Origin: Eubacteriales bacterium
Lineage (GTDB): Bacteria; Bacillota; Clostridia; Oscillospirales; CAG-272
NCBI GenBank assembly: GCA_051868045.1
Contig: JBJDZN010000082.1
Span: 1-40,972, forward strand
Reading direction: 5' to 3'
DNA length: 40,972 bases
Shown here: positions 8,762 through 18,519 of the stretch, one piece after another
How the letters are laid out: every line of letters begins with the position of its first letter
How positions within the stretch are numbered: position 1 is the stretch's first letter
Translations under genes and position numbers: made by a program
The notes under the pieces: generated by a model
What the model was told of the DNA's origin: nothing
Seen by the model: the letters and a program-made list of their open reading frames with translations, nothing else
Database searches by the model: none

Positions 8762-10732
8762 TTATTCAGCGTCCTCAGCTTCGCCTTCAGCATCCTCATC
8801 CTCAAGGAGAGCACGCATGGAAAGGGAAACTTTCTTCTTCTCGGTGTCAATACCGAGAATCTTAACCTGAACAACGTCATCCAGATGGAGAACCTCGGCA
8901 GGAGTTGCGATCTTGCGATCGGCGATCTGAGAAATGTGAATCAGACCGTCAACCTCGGGAACGATCTCGGCAAAGGCTCCGAAGGGAGTCAGTCCGACGA
9001 TCTTGACCGTAGCAACGTCGCCTTCCTTGTAGGTGCTGGTGAAGATGTTCCAGGGATTGGTCTCCTCGGTCTTGCAGCCCAGGGAGATTCTCTTCTTCTC
9101 TGCGTCGAAGGACTTGACATATACCTCGATCTGATCGCCGACAGAAACAACCTCAGCAGGATTCTTGATTCTGGACCAGGACAGCTCGGTAATATGTACC
9201 ATACCGTCAACGCCGCCCAGATCAACGAAAGCACCGTAGGAGGTCAGAGATTTGACGGTACCGACATACTTCTTGCCAACCTCAAGCTCAGCCCAGATCT
9301 TGGCAGCCGCTTCCTTGCGCTCTGCTCTCTGAACAGCCTTGATGGAAGCCGTTGCACGGTTTCTGCCTTCCTCAATCTCAATGATGATGACCTTCTGAGT
9401 CGTTCCCTTGAGAGGAGTCAGCTCCTCGCCCTTGGGAATACCGGTCTGGGATGCGGGAATGAATGCCTCGATCGCACCCAGAGCGATCATGCAGCCGCCC
9501 TTGTTGATCTTGGTGATCTTGCCCTCGAGAACGGTACCGTTCTCCTTAGCGGCAACGATCTTCTTCCAATCGTCGATTCTCTCGATGCGCTTTCTGGAAA
9601 GACCCGCAACACCCTCGATGTCGCTTACCCGAACGACATACGCCTCGATGGAATCTCCAACCTTGTATGCAGGATCAGCGTTAGCAATCTCGTTGTAATC
9701 GAGAATGCCCGTAACATTGGCAGACAGATCGACGTGAACTTCTGTGGCAGAGATCGATGTAATCGTTCCGTTAACAATATCCCCTGTATTTAAAGTTTTG
9801 AGAGAGTCCTCGAGCAGTGCTTCAAAATTTTCGTTTTCAATGATTTCGCTCATTATGGTTTTTACCTCCTGTATTATATCGCCTGGTGTGGATGCACCGG
9901 CGGTAATGCCGATTTTTTCGGCTTTTGCGGCAAGCCGAAGAGCTTCCTCCGGAATATCGGAACCGTCCTCAATGAGAAAGGTCTGTTCCAGATTCCGCTT
10001 TGAGACAGAATACAGCTTGGCAGTGTTGGAAGACTCCCTGCCGCCGATAACGAACATCAGATCCACCTTTTTTGAGAGTTGTTCGGTTTCGGACTGTCTA
10101 TTTTGAGTAGCTCTGCAAATTGTATCATATATTTGAAGATTTGTCAAGTGGTTTTGTGCAATTTCTTGAGCTTTTTTCCACTCTGACAATTTCTGGGTGG
10201 TTTGGGCGACCATGACAACCGATTTTTTGTCCAAATTGTTCAAATCCAGCTGGTCGGCACTGCCGGTAACCCTTACCTCTCCCTTCGCATAGGAGACGAT
10301 TCCCCTGACTTCAGGGTGGCTCTGATCGCCCAATACCAGCAGAGCAGAACCGTCTGCGGTCTGCCTCTCCACAATGCTGTGGATTTTCTTCACATACGGG
10401 CAGGTGCAGTCTACCACCCGAAAATAGGGGTTTTCTGCGGCATATCCGGCGAGTTTTTTGCTGATTGAAGCAGTGGAGCCGTGGGCGCGGATAACGATAA
10501 CCGATGGATTTCCGACATGGCTTTCTTCAAAGATCCGATCAATGTCGTCCTCTTCGATGACCCGAACTCCCTGCTCTTCAAACTGTCGGATAACCCGGGG
10601 ATTGTGGATCAGTCTGCCCAGCGTGTAGATATGCTCGTCGGGCTTTTTCTCTGCCGAAAGGGAATTCACCGTATCGACTGCCCGTTTGACGCCAAAGCAG
10701 AAGCCGGCATTTTTGCCGATCACAATCTCCAT
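8762..10732 (-). CDS. ispH-rpsA: Bifunctional IspH (LytB) / 30S ribosomal protein S1
   Basis: GFCFGV, DCTCPYV, TICRAT, SSNT, GITAGASTP motifs then four S1 domains; start ATG 10732 after AGGAG. Confidence 0.95.
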   Translation of the reverse strand: MEIVIGKNAGFCFGVKRAVDTVNSLSAEKKPDEHIYTLGRLIHNPRVIRQFEEQGVRVIEEDDIDRIFEESHVGNPSVIVIRAHGSTASISKKLAGYAAENPYFRVVDCTCPYVKKIHSIVERQTADGSALLVLGDQSHPEVRGIVSYAKGEVRVTGSADQLDLNNLDKKSVVMVAQTTQKLSEWKKAQEIAQNHLTNLQIYDTICRATQNRQSETEQLSKKVDLMFVIGGRESSNTAKLYSVSKRNLEQTFLIEDGSDIPEEALRLAAKAEKIGITAGASTPGDIIQEVKTIMSEIIENENFEALLEDSLKTLNTGDIVNGTITSISATEVHVDLSANVTGILDYNEIANADPAYKVGDSIEAYVVRVSDIEGVAGLSRKRIERIDDWKKIVAAKENGTVLEGKITKINKGGCMIALGAIEAFIPASQTGIPKGEELTPLKGTTQKVIIIEIEEGRNRATASIKAVQRAERKEAAAKIWAELEVGKKYVGTVKSLTSYGAFVDLGGVDGMVHITELSWSRIKNPAEVVSVGDQIEVYVKSFDAEKKRISLGCKTEETNPWNIFTSTYKEGDVATVKIVGLTPFGAFAEIVPEVDGLIHISQIADRKIATPAEVLHLDDVVQVKILGIDTEKKKVSLSMRALLEDEDAEGEAEDAE

Positions 10733-10819
10733 TTGCTTTCCTCCTAAATACAGACGGACGATGTCTTCCGTCTGTGACAAGTTTTTTGAACTTTTTTGAA
10801 AAAATTTCAAAAAAGTTCG

Positions 10820-11449
10820 TTACCGATTTGCGTTTGCGGTCTGACCGGCATCTGCCATTTCGAGAATTCTCGAGAAGATCAGTTCGGATGCCTCGGCGAA
10901 CTCCCGACCCTTTCCGTCCGAGTAAGTAAACTCATCGTACTCAATGGGCTTGCCAATGTGAACGATGGTTTTCCGGAAGGGACAAATCTTCCATTTTTTG
11001 TTCTGAAGCAGAACGGGGATGACCTTGACCTTGGCGTGGTATTCAATCATACCGACGCCGTTCTTGGGTTTTGTGGTGTTGGGATTCTTGCCGGGAAATC
11101 GCTTACCCTGCGGGAAAATCCCCACAACCTCCCCCTTTTCAAGGAGGGAGATGGTGTTTTTGATGGAGGATACACTTGCCGACGCATCCGATCGGTCAAC
11201 CGGGAAGGCTCCCAGAAGGGTGATCAGCTGCTTCAGTCCGGGAATCTTAAACAGTTCCTTCTTGGCAAAATAGCGGACCTGTGGCTTGAAACATGCAGCG
11301 ATAACCACCACATCGCTGTTGGACAGGTGGTTGGAGCAGATCAGAAAGGGACCGCTTTCCGGGCGGTTTTCTGCTCCTATGATTTTGACACGGTACAGCC
11401 TGCGGAAGAAACCGCCGAGGCAGGCTCTGGCTACCTTATAAAAGCTCAT
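10820..11449 (-). CDS. plsC: 1-acyl-sn-glycerol-3-phosphate acyltransferase
   Basis: NHLSNSD (NHx4D) and IFPQG motifs; conserved cmk-plsC-ispH context. Confidence 0.9.
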   Translation of the reverse strand: MSFYKVARACLGGFFRRLYRVKIIGAENRPESGPFLICSNHLSNSDVVVIAACFKPQVRYFAKKELFKIPGLKQLITLLGAFPVDRSDASASVSSIKNTISLLEKGEVVGIFPQGKRFPGKNPNTTKPKNGVGMIEYHAKVKVIPVLLQNKKWKICPFRKTIVHIGKPIEYDEFTYSDGKGREFAEASELIFSRILEMADAGQTANANR

Positions 11450-11482
11450 AATCCATATCTCCTTAGCACTCAGATTCCCGCA

Positions 11483-12148
11483 TCAGCCGATTTTATCCCG
11501 AATAATCCGAAGAGCGGCTTCGTAGCTTTCCTTCAGATTCAGGTCGGAGTTGTCCAGAAGAACGGCATCCTCTGCCTTTTTCAGAGGTGCAGTGGCGCGG
11601 TTTCGGTCGTTTTCATCCCTTCGGATCATGTCGGCAAGCACCTCGTCGTAGGAGGTTTCGATCCCCTTCTCGCAAAGTTCCCGATACCGCCGCTTGGCTC
11701 TCGCTTCACTGGACGAATCCAGGAAAATTTTCACCGTGGCATGGGGAAGAATCACCGTACCAATGTCCCGTCCGTCCATGATGACATTGTTTTTCTCGGC
11801 AATGTCCTTCTGTAGGTCCAGAAGGAAGGCACGGACCTCGGGAATTGCCGATACGGTGGATGCCCACATGGAGATTTCGGGCAGACGGATGTCCTCACTC
11901 ACATCCCGATCCCCAAGGAAAACCCGCTGACTGCCGTCTACATAGCGAAGGGTCAGCTGAATCTCGGGAAGGCAGGCGATAATCCCTGCGGTGTCCGATT
12001 TTTCCAATCCCTTTTCAGAGGCATATAAGCCTACGGCACGGTAAAGTGCGCCTGTGTCCACATAAACAAAGGATAATTCAGCCGCAAGCATTTTGGCAAG
12101 GGTGCTTTTTCCCGCACCTGAGGGACCGTCCAAAGCGATCTGTATCAT
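11483..12148 (-). CDS. cmk: Cytidylate kinase
   Basis: IALDGPSGAGKST, DTGALYR, MDGRDIGT; start at MIQIALDG. Confidence 0.95.
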   Translation of the reverse strand: MIQIALDGPSGAGKSTLAKMLAAELSFVYVDTGALYRAVGLYASEKGLEKSDTAGIIACLPEIQLTLRYVDGSQRVFLGDRDVSEDIRLPEISMWASTVSAIPEVRAFLLDLQKDIAEKNNVIMDGRDIGTVILPHATVKIFLDSSSEARAKRRYRELCEKGIETSYDEVLADMIRRDENDRNRATAPLKKAEDAVLLDNSDLNLKESYEAALRIIRDKIG

Positions 12149-12277
12149 AATTTTCTCTTTCCTTTCATCTTTTCCCATATTGCGAAGACTCATATCCGTG
12201 GGTCCATAAAGAATTTCCATCGGACAGAATCTGCTCAAATAAGGGGCTGTCCTGAGTTTTTCCGAAAATCCGTCAGA

Positions 12278-13495
12278 TTATGTGACTGCCGCCCGTGCCG
12301 CACAGACGGCAGTGGAAAAGGCAATCTGCAGATTGAATCCGCCGGTGTAGGCGTCGGCATCCAGAATCTCTCCTGCAAAATACAGTCCGGAGACCTTCTT
12401 GGCTTCCATGGTTTTAGGGGAAACCGCACTGATGTCGATTCCGCCGGAGGTGATAATCGCCTCGGCAATCGGACGGGGACGCTTCAGCTTCAGGGTCAGG
12501 TTTTTCAGCAGGTGGACGATGATTGACCGCTCTTCCTTGGTGATGGTGTGAACCTTTCGCTCAGGGGAAATGCCGCTGAGCGAAACAAAGACCGAAATCA
12601 ACTTGGAAGGGAGCAGGTCGGAGAGGGCATTGGAGTAATTTTTGTTGGAATATTTGGTAAAATCCGAGAGAATACGTCGATCCAGCGTCTGGGCATCCAG
12701 GGCAGGCTTCAAATCCAATACCACCCGGATCTGCCCGGGAGCAAAGGTTCCCAGATGAGCGGACAGAGAGAGAACCATGGGTCCGGTGATGCCGAAATGA
12801 GTAAACATCATTTCTCCGAAATCTTCGTAGATCAGCCGCTCACCGTCGTATGCACGGAGAGCCGCATTTTTCAGGGACAGTCCCTGGAGGGCAGGGCACC
12901 AGCGTTCGCAGACCTCAAGGGGAACAAGGGAAGGGCGAAGCGGAGTGTAAGGGATTCCCAAATCCTTCGCAAAGCGATATCCGTCCCCATCCGAACCGGT
13001 CTGGGGATAGGACAGCCCGCCGGTTGCCACGATGACACGGTCAAAGGGGTAGAAAACCGTGGTTTTCAGACCGGTAACTGCGCCGTTTTCGGCTGTAATC
13101 TCGCTGACTTTCTCGTTGATCACCCGAACGCCCTGCTGAAGCATTCCCCGACGAAGGGCATCCACAATGTCGGATGCCTTGTCCGAAACCGGGAAGACCC
13201 GATTTCCCCGTTCGACCTTCAAAGGAACGCCCAGCGATTCGAAAAATTCCATGGTATCGCGGGGACCGAAACGGCTCGCCGCACCGTAGAGAAAGCGACC
13301 GTTTCGGGGAATATTTGAAATGAACTCGCTTATCTCGCACCGGTTGGTTACATTGCAGCGACCCTTGCCGGTGATTCTCAGCTTTCTGCCGAGAGCCGTA
13401 TTTTTTTCAAACAGGGTGACATCTGCCCCCAAAGCGGCGGCATGATAGGCCGCCATCATACCTGCGGCACCGCCGCCAACAATCCCGATTTTCAT
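12278..13495 (-). CDS. HI0933/YhiN-family flavoprotein
   Basis: GGGAAG, ITGKGRCNVTN, ATGGLSYP, GGFNLQIAF. Confidence 0.93.
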   Translation of the reverse strand: MKIGIVGGGAAGMMAAYHAAALGADVTLFEKNTALGRKLRITGKGRCNVTNRCEISEFISNIPRNGRFLYGAASRFGPRDTMEFFESLGVPLKVERGNRVFPVSDKASDIVDALRRGMLQQGVRVINEKVSEITAENGAVTGLKTTVFYPFDRVIVATGGLSYPQTGSDGDGYRFAKDLGIPYTPLRPSLVPLEVCERWCPALQGLSLKNAALRAYDGERLIYEDFGEMMFTHFGITGPMVLSLSAHLGTFAPGQIRVVLDLKPALDAQTLDRRILSDFTKYSNKNYSNALSDLLPSKLISVFVSLSGISPERKVHTITKEERSIIVHLLKNLTLKLKRPRPIAEAIITSGGIDISAVSPKTMEAKKVSGLYFAGEILDADAYTGGFNLQIAFSTAVCAARAAVT

Positions 13496-13532
13496 AGGTT
13501 ACCTGCTACTTTATCATTGACACAATAAAATT

Positions 13533-13561
13533 ATTATATCCTTATTTTCAAATAAAGTCAA
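13533..13561 (-). promoter_or_regulatory. sigmaA promoter for HI0933-cmk operon
   Basis: TTGACT-17bp-TATAAT on minus strand. Confidence 0.7.
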
Positions 13562-13590
13562 GAGTTTTCGGTTATGTTTCGAAAATTTTA

Positions 13591-13618
13591 CATATTTTCG
13601 ACGGCATTGACATACACT
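13591..13618 (+). promoter_or_regulatory. sigmaE-type sporulation promoter of ytvI
   Basis: CATATT-14bp-CATACACT fits the sigmaE consensus; ytvI is a known sigmaE-regulon gene in Bacillus. Confidence 0.65.
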
Positions 13619-13650
13619 TCTTGAGAAAAATACAGATGGAGGCGTAAACA

Positions 13651-14727
13651 TTGGATCAGGAAAGCTATGAACGGCATAAACGGGTTGTATTCTATGGAGC
13701 AATTGCGCTGATACTGACCGTTTTCTTTTACTATCTTTTTTTTCGGCTCCTTCTTCCCGGATTTGCCGCATGGCTGGTGGCTTTGCTGCTTCAGCCCATG
13801 ATCGGCAGCCTGTCCCGTTGGACGGGACTCGGCAGAAAACCGGTTGCCGTCATTCTCTATCTGCTGATTCTGGGACTGATTGCCGTTCTGCTTGTCATAC
13901 TGTGCAATCGGCTGTATCGGGAGGTACGGGAACTCCTGTCCTACCTTTCGGGAAACGGAGACAGTCTGACTTTCCGTGTTCGGGAGATGGTGGACAGTCT
14001 GCTGAAACGCTTCAATTTCATTGAGAATGCCGATGAAATCGGCACGGTGATCACCGATCTCATGTCAACCGCCGTCAGCAGTCTGTCGGCAAAACTGACC
14101 GCATTTCTGGGAGGATTCGTATCCAAACTTCCGGGAACCCTGTTTTCCACCCTGATTTTCCTGATGGCGGCATTCTACCTGACCGTGGATTTTGAGGGCT
14201 TTGAACGCAAAATCAACGGACTGATTCCAAAGAAAGCGGCACGGATCGTCGGCAACCTTCGGGGTAAGCTGTCCAAGACCGTTGTGGGGTATATCCGAGC
14301 CTATCTGATTATCCTGTCTATTACTTTTGTGGAACTGCTGATTTCCTTTTCCATTCTGAAGATACGCTATACGCTGTTGCTGTCTGCCCTGATTTCTCTG
14401 CTGGACATTCTTCCGGCGATCGGAGTGGGAACGGTGCTGGTTCCCTGGGCGGGAATCTGTTTTCTTTCGGGAAATCCCGGCAGAGGCATCGGTCTGCTGA
14501 TCGTCTTCGGCATTGTGGCAGTCCTGCGGCAGATCATGGAACCCCATATCGTCGGCTCCCAGCTCGGGCTCTCGCCACTGCTCAGTCTTCTATCGGTCTA
14601 TGCCGGCTATCGGCTTGCCGGAGTGGTCGGCATCCTTCTGGCACCCATCGGAGCCATTCTGATCCGTGAGATTTATCTGCTCTACGGCAAGGGAAATTCT
14701 GAGCGACCGGCGGCAACAGGAAGATAG
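13651..14727 (+). CDS. ytvI: Sporulation integral membrane protein YtvI (AI-2E family)
   Basis: Multi-TM, DILPAIGVGTVLVPW and RQIMEPHIVG motifs; TTG start after GGAGG. Confidence 0.88.
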   Translation: MDQESYERHKRVVFYGAIALILTVFFYYLFFRLLLPGFAAWLVALLLQPMIGSLSRWTGLGRKPVAVILYLLILGLIAVLLVILCNRLYREVRELLSYLSGNGDSLTFRVREMVDSLLKRFNFIENADEIGTVITDLMSTAVSSLSAKLTAFLGGFVSKLPGTLFSTLIFLMAAFYLTVDFEGFERKINGLIPKKAARIVGNLRGKLSKTVVGYIRAYLIILSITFVELLISFSILKIRYTLLLSALISLLDILPAIGVGTVLVPWAGICFLSGNPGRGIGLLIVFGIVAVLRQIMEPHIVGSQLGLSPLLSLLSVYAGYRLAGVVGILLAPIGAILIREIYLLYGKGNSERPAATGR

Positions 14728-14761
14728 TTTAGAATAAGTCATGTGTAAACTCAAAATTCAT

Positions 14762-14812
14762 AAAAGAACAGAGACGAAAACACGGTTCGGCGTGCAATCG
14801 TCTCTGCTTTTT
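14762..14812. terminator. Hairpin terminator after ytvI
   Basis: cagagacga...tcgtctctg followed by T-run. Confidence 0.6.
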
Positions 14813-14838
14813 CGATGACGATGAAATGTAAGCTGAGA

Positions 14839-15156
14839 TTATTTGATCCACTTGGCAATAGCAATTAAATGCTCCAGCTGTTCGTTGTTCATTCCTTTTG
14901 CGGCAGAGAGGAGGTCATTGAGCTTTGTAGGATTGCACTCCTCGGTATCAAAGAATTCTTTGGGTGTGATGTCCAGGTATTCGCAGATGTAAAAGAATAC
15001 CGTCATAGACGGCAAATTGACGCCGTTTTCGATGTTGTTGATATATCCTGCGCTTTGCCCGATGGACAAGCTCATATCACGTGCCGATACACCTTTGTTC
15101 ATTCGCAGTTCAACCAGCCGTCGAATGAAGTCTTCTTTTTCCATGTAGTTCACCAC
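14839..15156 (-). CDS. Xre/Cro-family HTH transcriptional regulator
   Basis: SARDMSLSIGQSAGYINNIENG..LPS HTH_3 pattern; true start may be ATG 15144 after GAGGTG. Confidence 0.88.
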   Translation of the reverse strand: MVNYMEKEDFIRRLVELRMNKGVSARDMSLSIGQSAGYINNIENGVNLPSMTVFFYICEYLDITPKEFFDTEECNPTKLNDLLSAAKGMNNEQLEHLIAIAKWIK

Positions 15157-15221
15157 CTCTGCTTATCCTATATCATACCCTATATCTCTCAAAAAATATC
15201 TAATCAATTCATCAATTTCTA

Positions 15222-15250
15222 TTGACAAAACCAAACTAATTAGATATAAT
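15222..15250 (+). promoter_or_regulatory. Consensus sigmaA promoter of the islet operon
   Basis: TTGACA-17bp-TATAAT, overlapped and flanked by ATTAGATAT motifs. Confidence 0.85.
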
Positions 15251-15290
15251 AAAGAAAAATGAATGTTTTGATTAGATATCAAGCGAGAAA

Positions 15291-15370
15291 AGAGAACAAT
15301 TCGGCACGACAGCGCCGTTTTGGAATAAATGAATTGTGCCGACGGGAAAACGGCACAGAAGGAGGAGTTT
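15291..15370 (+). repeat. 80-bp structured leader, copy 1
   Basis: 73/80 identical, ungapped, to 16317-16396; ends at RBS and ATG. Confidence 0.95.
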
Positions 15371-16288
15371 ATGAGAAAACCGATTCAATTTTTGACAGTG
15401 TTGCGGGCAAGCATTCTGCTGGCGGCAACCCTGATTTCCTGCTCGGGAGAGACGACGGACAATCTGTCCGATAAGGACAAAACGGAGAAAAAGACGACCT
15501 CTTCCGCAGAGGAGGTTGTGACGACTTCTTCCGCAGAGGAGGTTGTAAAAACACCGATTGAAGACTTTGAATGGGAGATGACCGACGAAGGTATAACCAT
15601 TACTGTATACAAGGGCAATGCGAAGGAAGTCGTTGTCCCGTCCATTATTGAAAACAAGATGGTGACTAAAGTTGCAGATTCGGCATTTTCGGGAAGTCCG
15701 ACTGTTGAATCAATTGTTATGTCAGAATATCTTACTGACTGCAAAATCACATTCAAGAATTGTCCGTCTCTGACCTACTTGGAATATCCCGGTATTGAAG
15801 AAGCCAATTTGAATTATATCTATTGTGATACGGTTCAAACCATAGTTCTTCCTGATGCAGTTTCAATCACAATGAACAATAAATCCCTGTCTGCGAATTG
15901 CCCCAATCTTACAAAGTTGAATATGCCTTCTTGTGAATATCTTTCAGTAACAACAAATCCTGATTTTGTTAATTACGACGGATATGATAGTACAGCCGCC
16001 ACTTCAAAATTGACAGAAGTAGTTGTTTCTGAGAGATTATTGACTGAAGCATACATAGGTTATAGAATAATTAATGGTGGGCTTCGTACCCTGCTTTTTA
16101 TTGATCCGAAGTATTCGGATCAATGTGATTCGGTTCCGGTTCCTATTTCAGAGTATACCTTTTACCTTCACGATATAGATAGAAGTTATAGCCATTTATA
16201 TTGTATTGAGTTATTTGGTCAAATAACAATCACTGTAAACGGAAAACTTTATTCTTATGAACCATATTTGCAAAATATGGAAGGATGA
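15371..16288 (+). CDS. Lipoprotein with BspA-like leucine-rich-repeat region
   Basis: AGGAGG RBS, lipobox LISC, DFEW..ITITVYKG..EVVVPS..VTKVADSAF LRR_5 cap; 27-bp duplication at 15494-15547 (TTSSAEEVV x2). Confidence 0.75.
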   Translation: MRKPIQFLTVLRASILLAATLISCSGETTDNLSDKDKTEKKTTSSAEEVVTTSSAEEVVKTPIEDFEWEMTDEGITITVYKGNAKEVVVPSIIENKMVTKVADSAFSGSPTVESIVMSEYLTDCKITFKNCPSLTYLEYPGIEEANLNYIYCDTVQTIVLPDAVSITMNNKSLSANCPNLTKLNMPSCEYLSVTTNPDFVNYDGYDSTAATSKLTEVVVSERLLTEAYIGYRIINGGLRTLLFIDPKYSDQCDSVPVPISEYTFYLHDIDRSYSHLYCIELFGQITITVNGKLYSYEPYLQNMEG

Positions 16289-16316
16289 TTCATTCGATAG
16301 GTTATTCAACGAGGCG

Positions 16317-16396
16317 AGAGAACAATTCGGTACATCTGTGCCGTTTTGGAATAAATGAATTGTGCCGACGGGAAAACGGCACAGAAGGAGGACATT
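16317..16396 (+). repeat. 80-bp structured leader, copy 2
   Basis: 13-bp perfect inverted repeat tctgtgccgtttt/aaaacggcacaga abutting AGGAGG. Confidence 0.95.
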
Positions 16397-18502
16397 ATGA
16401 AAAGAATCAAACTCAAACACAGGCTCATGGCAATTCTCATGACAGCAATGCTTGTCTTCATGGGAATACCGCTTACGGGATTGACGGCGAATGCTACTAC
16501 TCGGACGGCAGATGAAGCAATAAGCTGGTGCGATTCCTTAGTCGGTCAAGCATTGGACTATGATGGTGCATATGGTGCACAGTGCGTAGACCTGATACTG
16601 GCTTATTACAATTATCTTGGTGTAAGTACAGTATCCGGAAATGCTATTGACTATACATGGAATTCTTTGCCGTCCGGATGGACCCGTATTCAAGGTGCAC
16701 AGCCTCAGAAGGGTGATATTTTGGTGTATACCAACGATACCTATGGTCATGTTGGTATTTATGCCTCTGAAACACTTATGTATCATCAAGCTCCCAGCTT
16801 GGGCGGGTATGTTATGCGTGATGCACACAACTACAATTACTATCCTTCCTATTGGGGTGTAATCAGACCTAATTTTGCCGCAGCTCCGGAAGAAGTAAGC
16901 GTTCTCACCCTATCCGGTGTGAACTATCCTACTTACAAAAAGACCGGAGAACCGTTTCAGGTTTTTGGAACTGTTTCCTCTCCTTACTGTCTTCTGTTTG
17001 TAGAAGCTTTTGTTCGCAACAGTTCGGGAACGGTAATGTTCTGGAGCGGACTTTGGAATATTGACGATAACGATGTCATTATCGACAGTTCAAAAAAATA
17101 CTACAATATCAATTCGCAGGATGCCAAGATGACTTTTTCGTCACTTGCCGCCGGAAATTATGAATATGTAATTGATGCTCGGGATGAGAGAGGATATGCG
17201 TTTAACGTCGTTTTTCCTTTTACAGTAGGAAGTTCGACAACTACCTCAAAAACTGGTTATTCTTTGGTGGGCAAACACTATTGTGATAGTATGGCTGGAA
17301 CTCCTTACACATGGGACAGCGGAACGGTAACAAAAGCCGCAACTTGTGTGGACACTGGTATCAAAACATATGTGTGCCGGGAGTGCGGTGCTACTAAGAC
17401 CGAGACCATCGCCGCTACCGGTGTTCACACACCCGGCGAATGGACGACAACGGTCGCCGCAACCTGTACAACCGCAGGCACGAAAGTTCAGAAATGCACG
17501 GTCTGCGGGGCTACCGTCAATACCGCTACTATCGCCGCAACAGGGCATTCCTGGAATGCAGGAGTGGTTACAAAAGCAGCTACTTGCACTCAAAGTGGAG
17601 TAATGACTTATACTTGTACTACCTGTGGTGCCACTAAGACCGAGACCATTGCCGCTACCGGTGTTCACACACCCGGCGAATGGACGACAACGGTTGCCGC
17701 AACCTGTACAACCGCAGGCACGAAAGTTCAGAAATGCACGGTCTGTGGAACGGTTGTCAATACCGAAACCATCCCCGCTTTGGGACACAGTTATGTGGAT
17801 ACTGTGACGCCGCCCACCACAACCTCTGACGGGTTTACCACTCATGTATGCAGTCGCTGCGGGGACAGCTACATCGACAATATTGTGGAGAAACTCACCG
17901 ATCCCAACGGTCCCAAAATCGTGATTGACAATGTTTCCGGCAGAGCGGGCGAAGAGATTACCGTCGAGGTATCACTGGAGAATAATCCCGGCATCATCAA
18001 TATGCAGTTGCTTATCTCCTATGATGCCAATATATTGGAACTTGTCAGCGCAGCCGAAGGAGATTTTGCCGGATTGGCCTACGGTCAGTCGGTTACCCAG
18101 AATCCTTATGCCATTTCATGGTCAGACGCCATTCACCCCAATAATACCACAGACGGAGTTTTCACCGTTCTGACATTTCGCATTAAGGAAGACGCAGCAG
18201 TGGGAGAGTCGGCGATTACGGTAACCTACATAGATGATAACATCTTCGACCAGGATTTTGAGAATGTGACCTTTGCTACGGTTGGCGGTTCGGTTAGCGT
18301 GGTACGGTATATTCCGGGCGATGTTAACGGAGACGGCAGTGTCAACTTCAAGGATTTGGGCATTCTTCAGCAATACCTGAACCTGTGGAGCGTTACCGTT
18401 GATATGGACGCCGCTGATGTTAACAAGGACGGCAGTGTGAATTTTAAGGACTTGGGTATTCTTCAGCAATATCTGAACAACTGGGACATCACCTTGAAAT
18501 AA
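16397..18502 (+). CDS. Secreted modular protein: CHAP domain, Cys/His repeat stalk, cohesin, dockerin
   Basis: Signal peptide; YGAQCVDL..GHVGI CHAP dyad; ATC..G..CxxCG repeats; cohesin ENNPGI..YD..LEL..LTF; dockerin GDVNGDG..KDL / ADVNKDG..KDL. Confidence 0.85.
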   Translation: MKRIKLKHRLMAILMTAMLVFMGIPLTGLTANATTRTADEAISWCDSLVGQALDYDGAYGAQCVDLILAYYNYLGVSTVSGNAIDYTWNSLPSGWTRIQGAQPQKGDILVYTNDTYGHVGIYASETLMYHQAPSLGGYVMRDAHNYNYYPSYWGVIRPNFAAAPEEVSVLTLSGVNYPTYKKTGEPFQVFGTVSSPYCLLFVEAFVRNSSGTVMFWSGLWNIDDNDVIIDSSKKYYNINSQDAKMTFSSLAAGNYEYVIDARDERGYAFNVVFPFTVGSSTTTSKTGYSLVGKHYCDSMAGTPYTWDSGTVTKAATCVDTGIKTYVCRECGATKTETIAATGVHTPGEWTTTVAATCTTAGTKVQKCTVCGATVNTATIAATGHSWNAGVVTKAATCTQSGVMTYTCTTCGATKTETIAATGVHTPGEWTTTVAATCTTAGTKVQKCTVCGTVVNTETIPALGHSYVDTVTPPTTTSDGFTTHVCSRCGDSYIDNIVEKLTDPNGPKIVIDNVSGRAGEEITVEVSLENNPGIINMQLLISYDANILELVSAAEGDFAGLAYGQSVTQNPYAISWSDAIHPNNTTDGVFTVLTFRIKEDAAVGESAITVTYIDDNIFDQDFENVTFATVGGSVSVVRYIPGDVNGDGSVNFKDLGILQQYLNLWSVTVDMDAADVNKDGSVNFKDLGILQQYLNNWDITLK
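17393..17748 (+). repeat. Intragenic direct repeat, period 240 bp
   Basis: About 116-bp blocks at 17393 and 17633 differ only at three synonymous sites. Confidence 0.9.
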
Positions 18503-18519
18503 GAAAGAAGGATTATATC

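Noticed and set aside
7175-9793. 872-aa plus-strand ORF
   Set aside because: Antisense shadow of the ABC exporter and rpsA, with no recognisable motifs; the same applies to most other overlapping ORFs in the track.
8762-10732. ispH-rpsA fusion as a novelty
   Set aside because: Well-known fusion in Clostridia.
15329-15370. Shared N-terminal peptide MNCADGKTAQKE of two ORFs
   Set aside because: Artefact of the duplicated leader; the AGGAGG RBS points to ATG 15371 and 16397.
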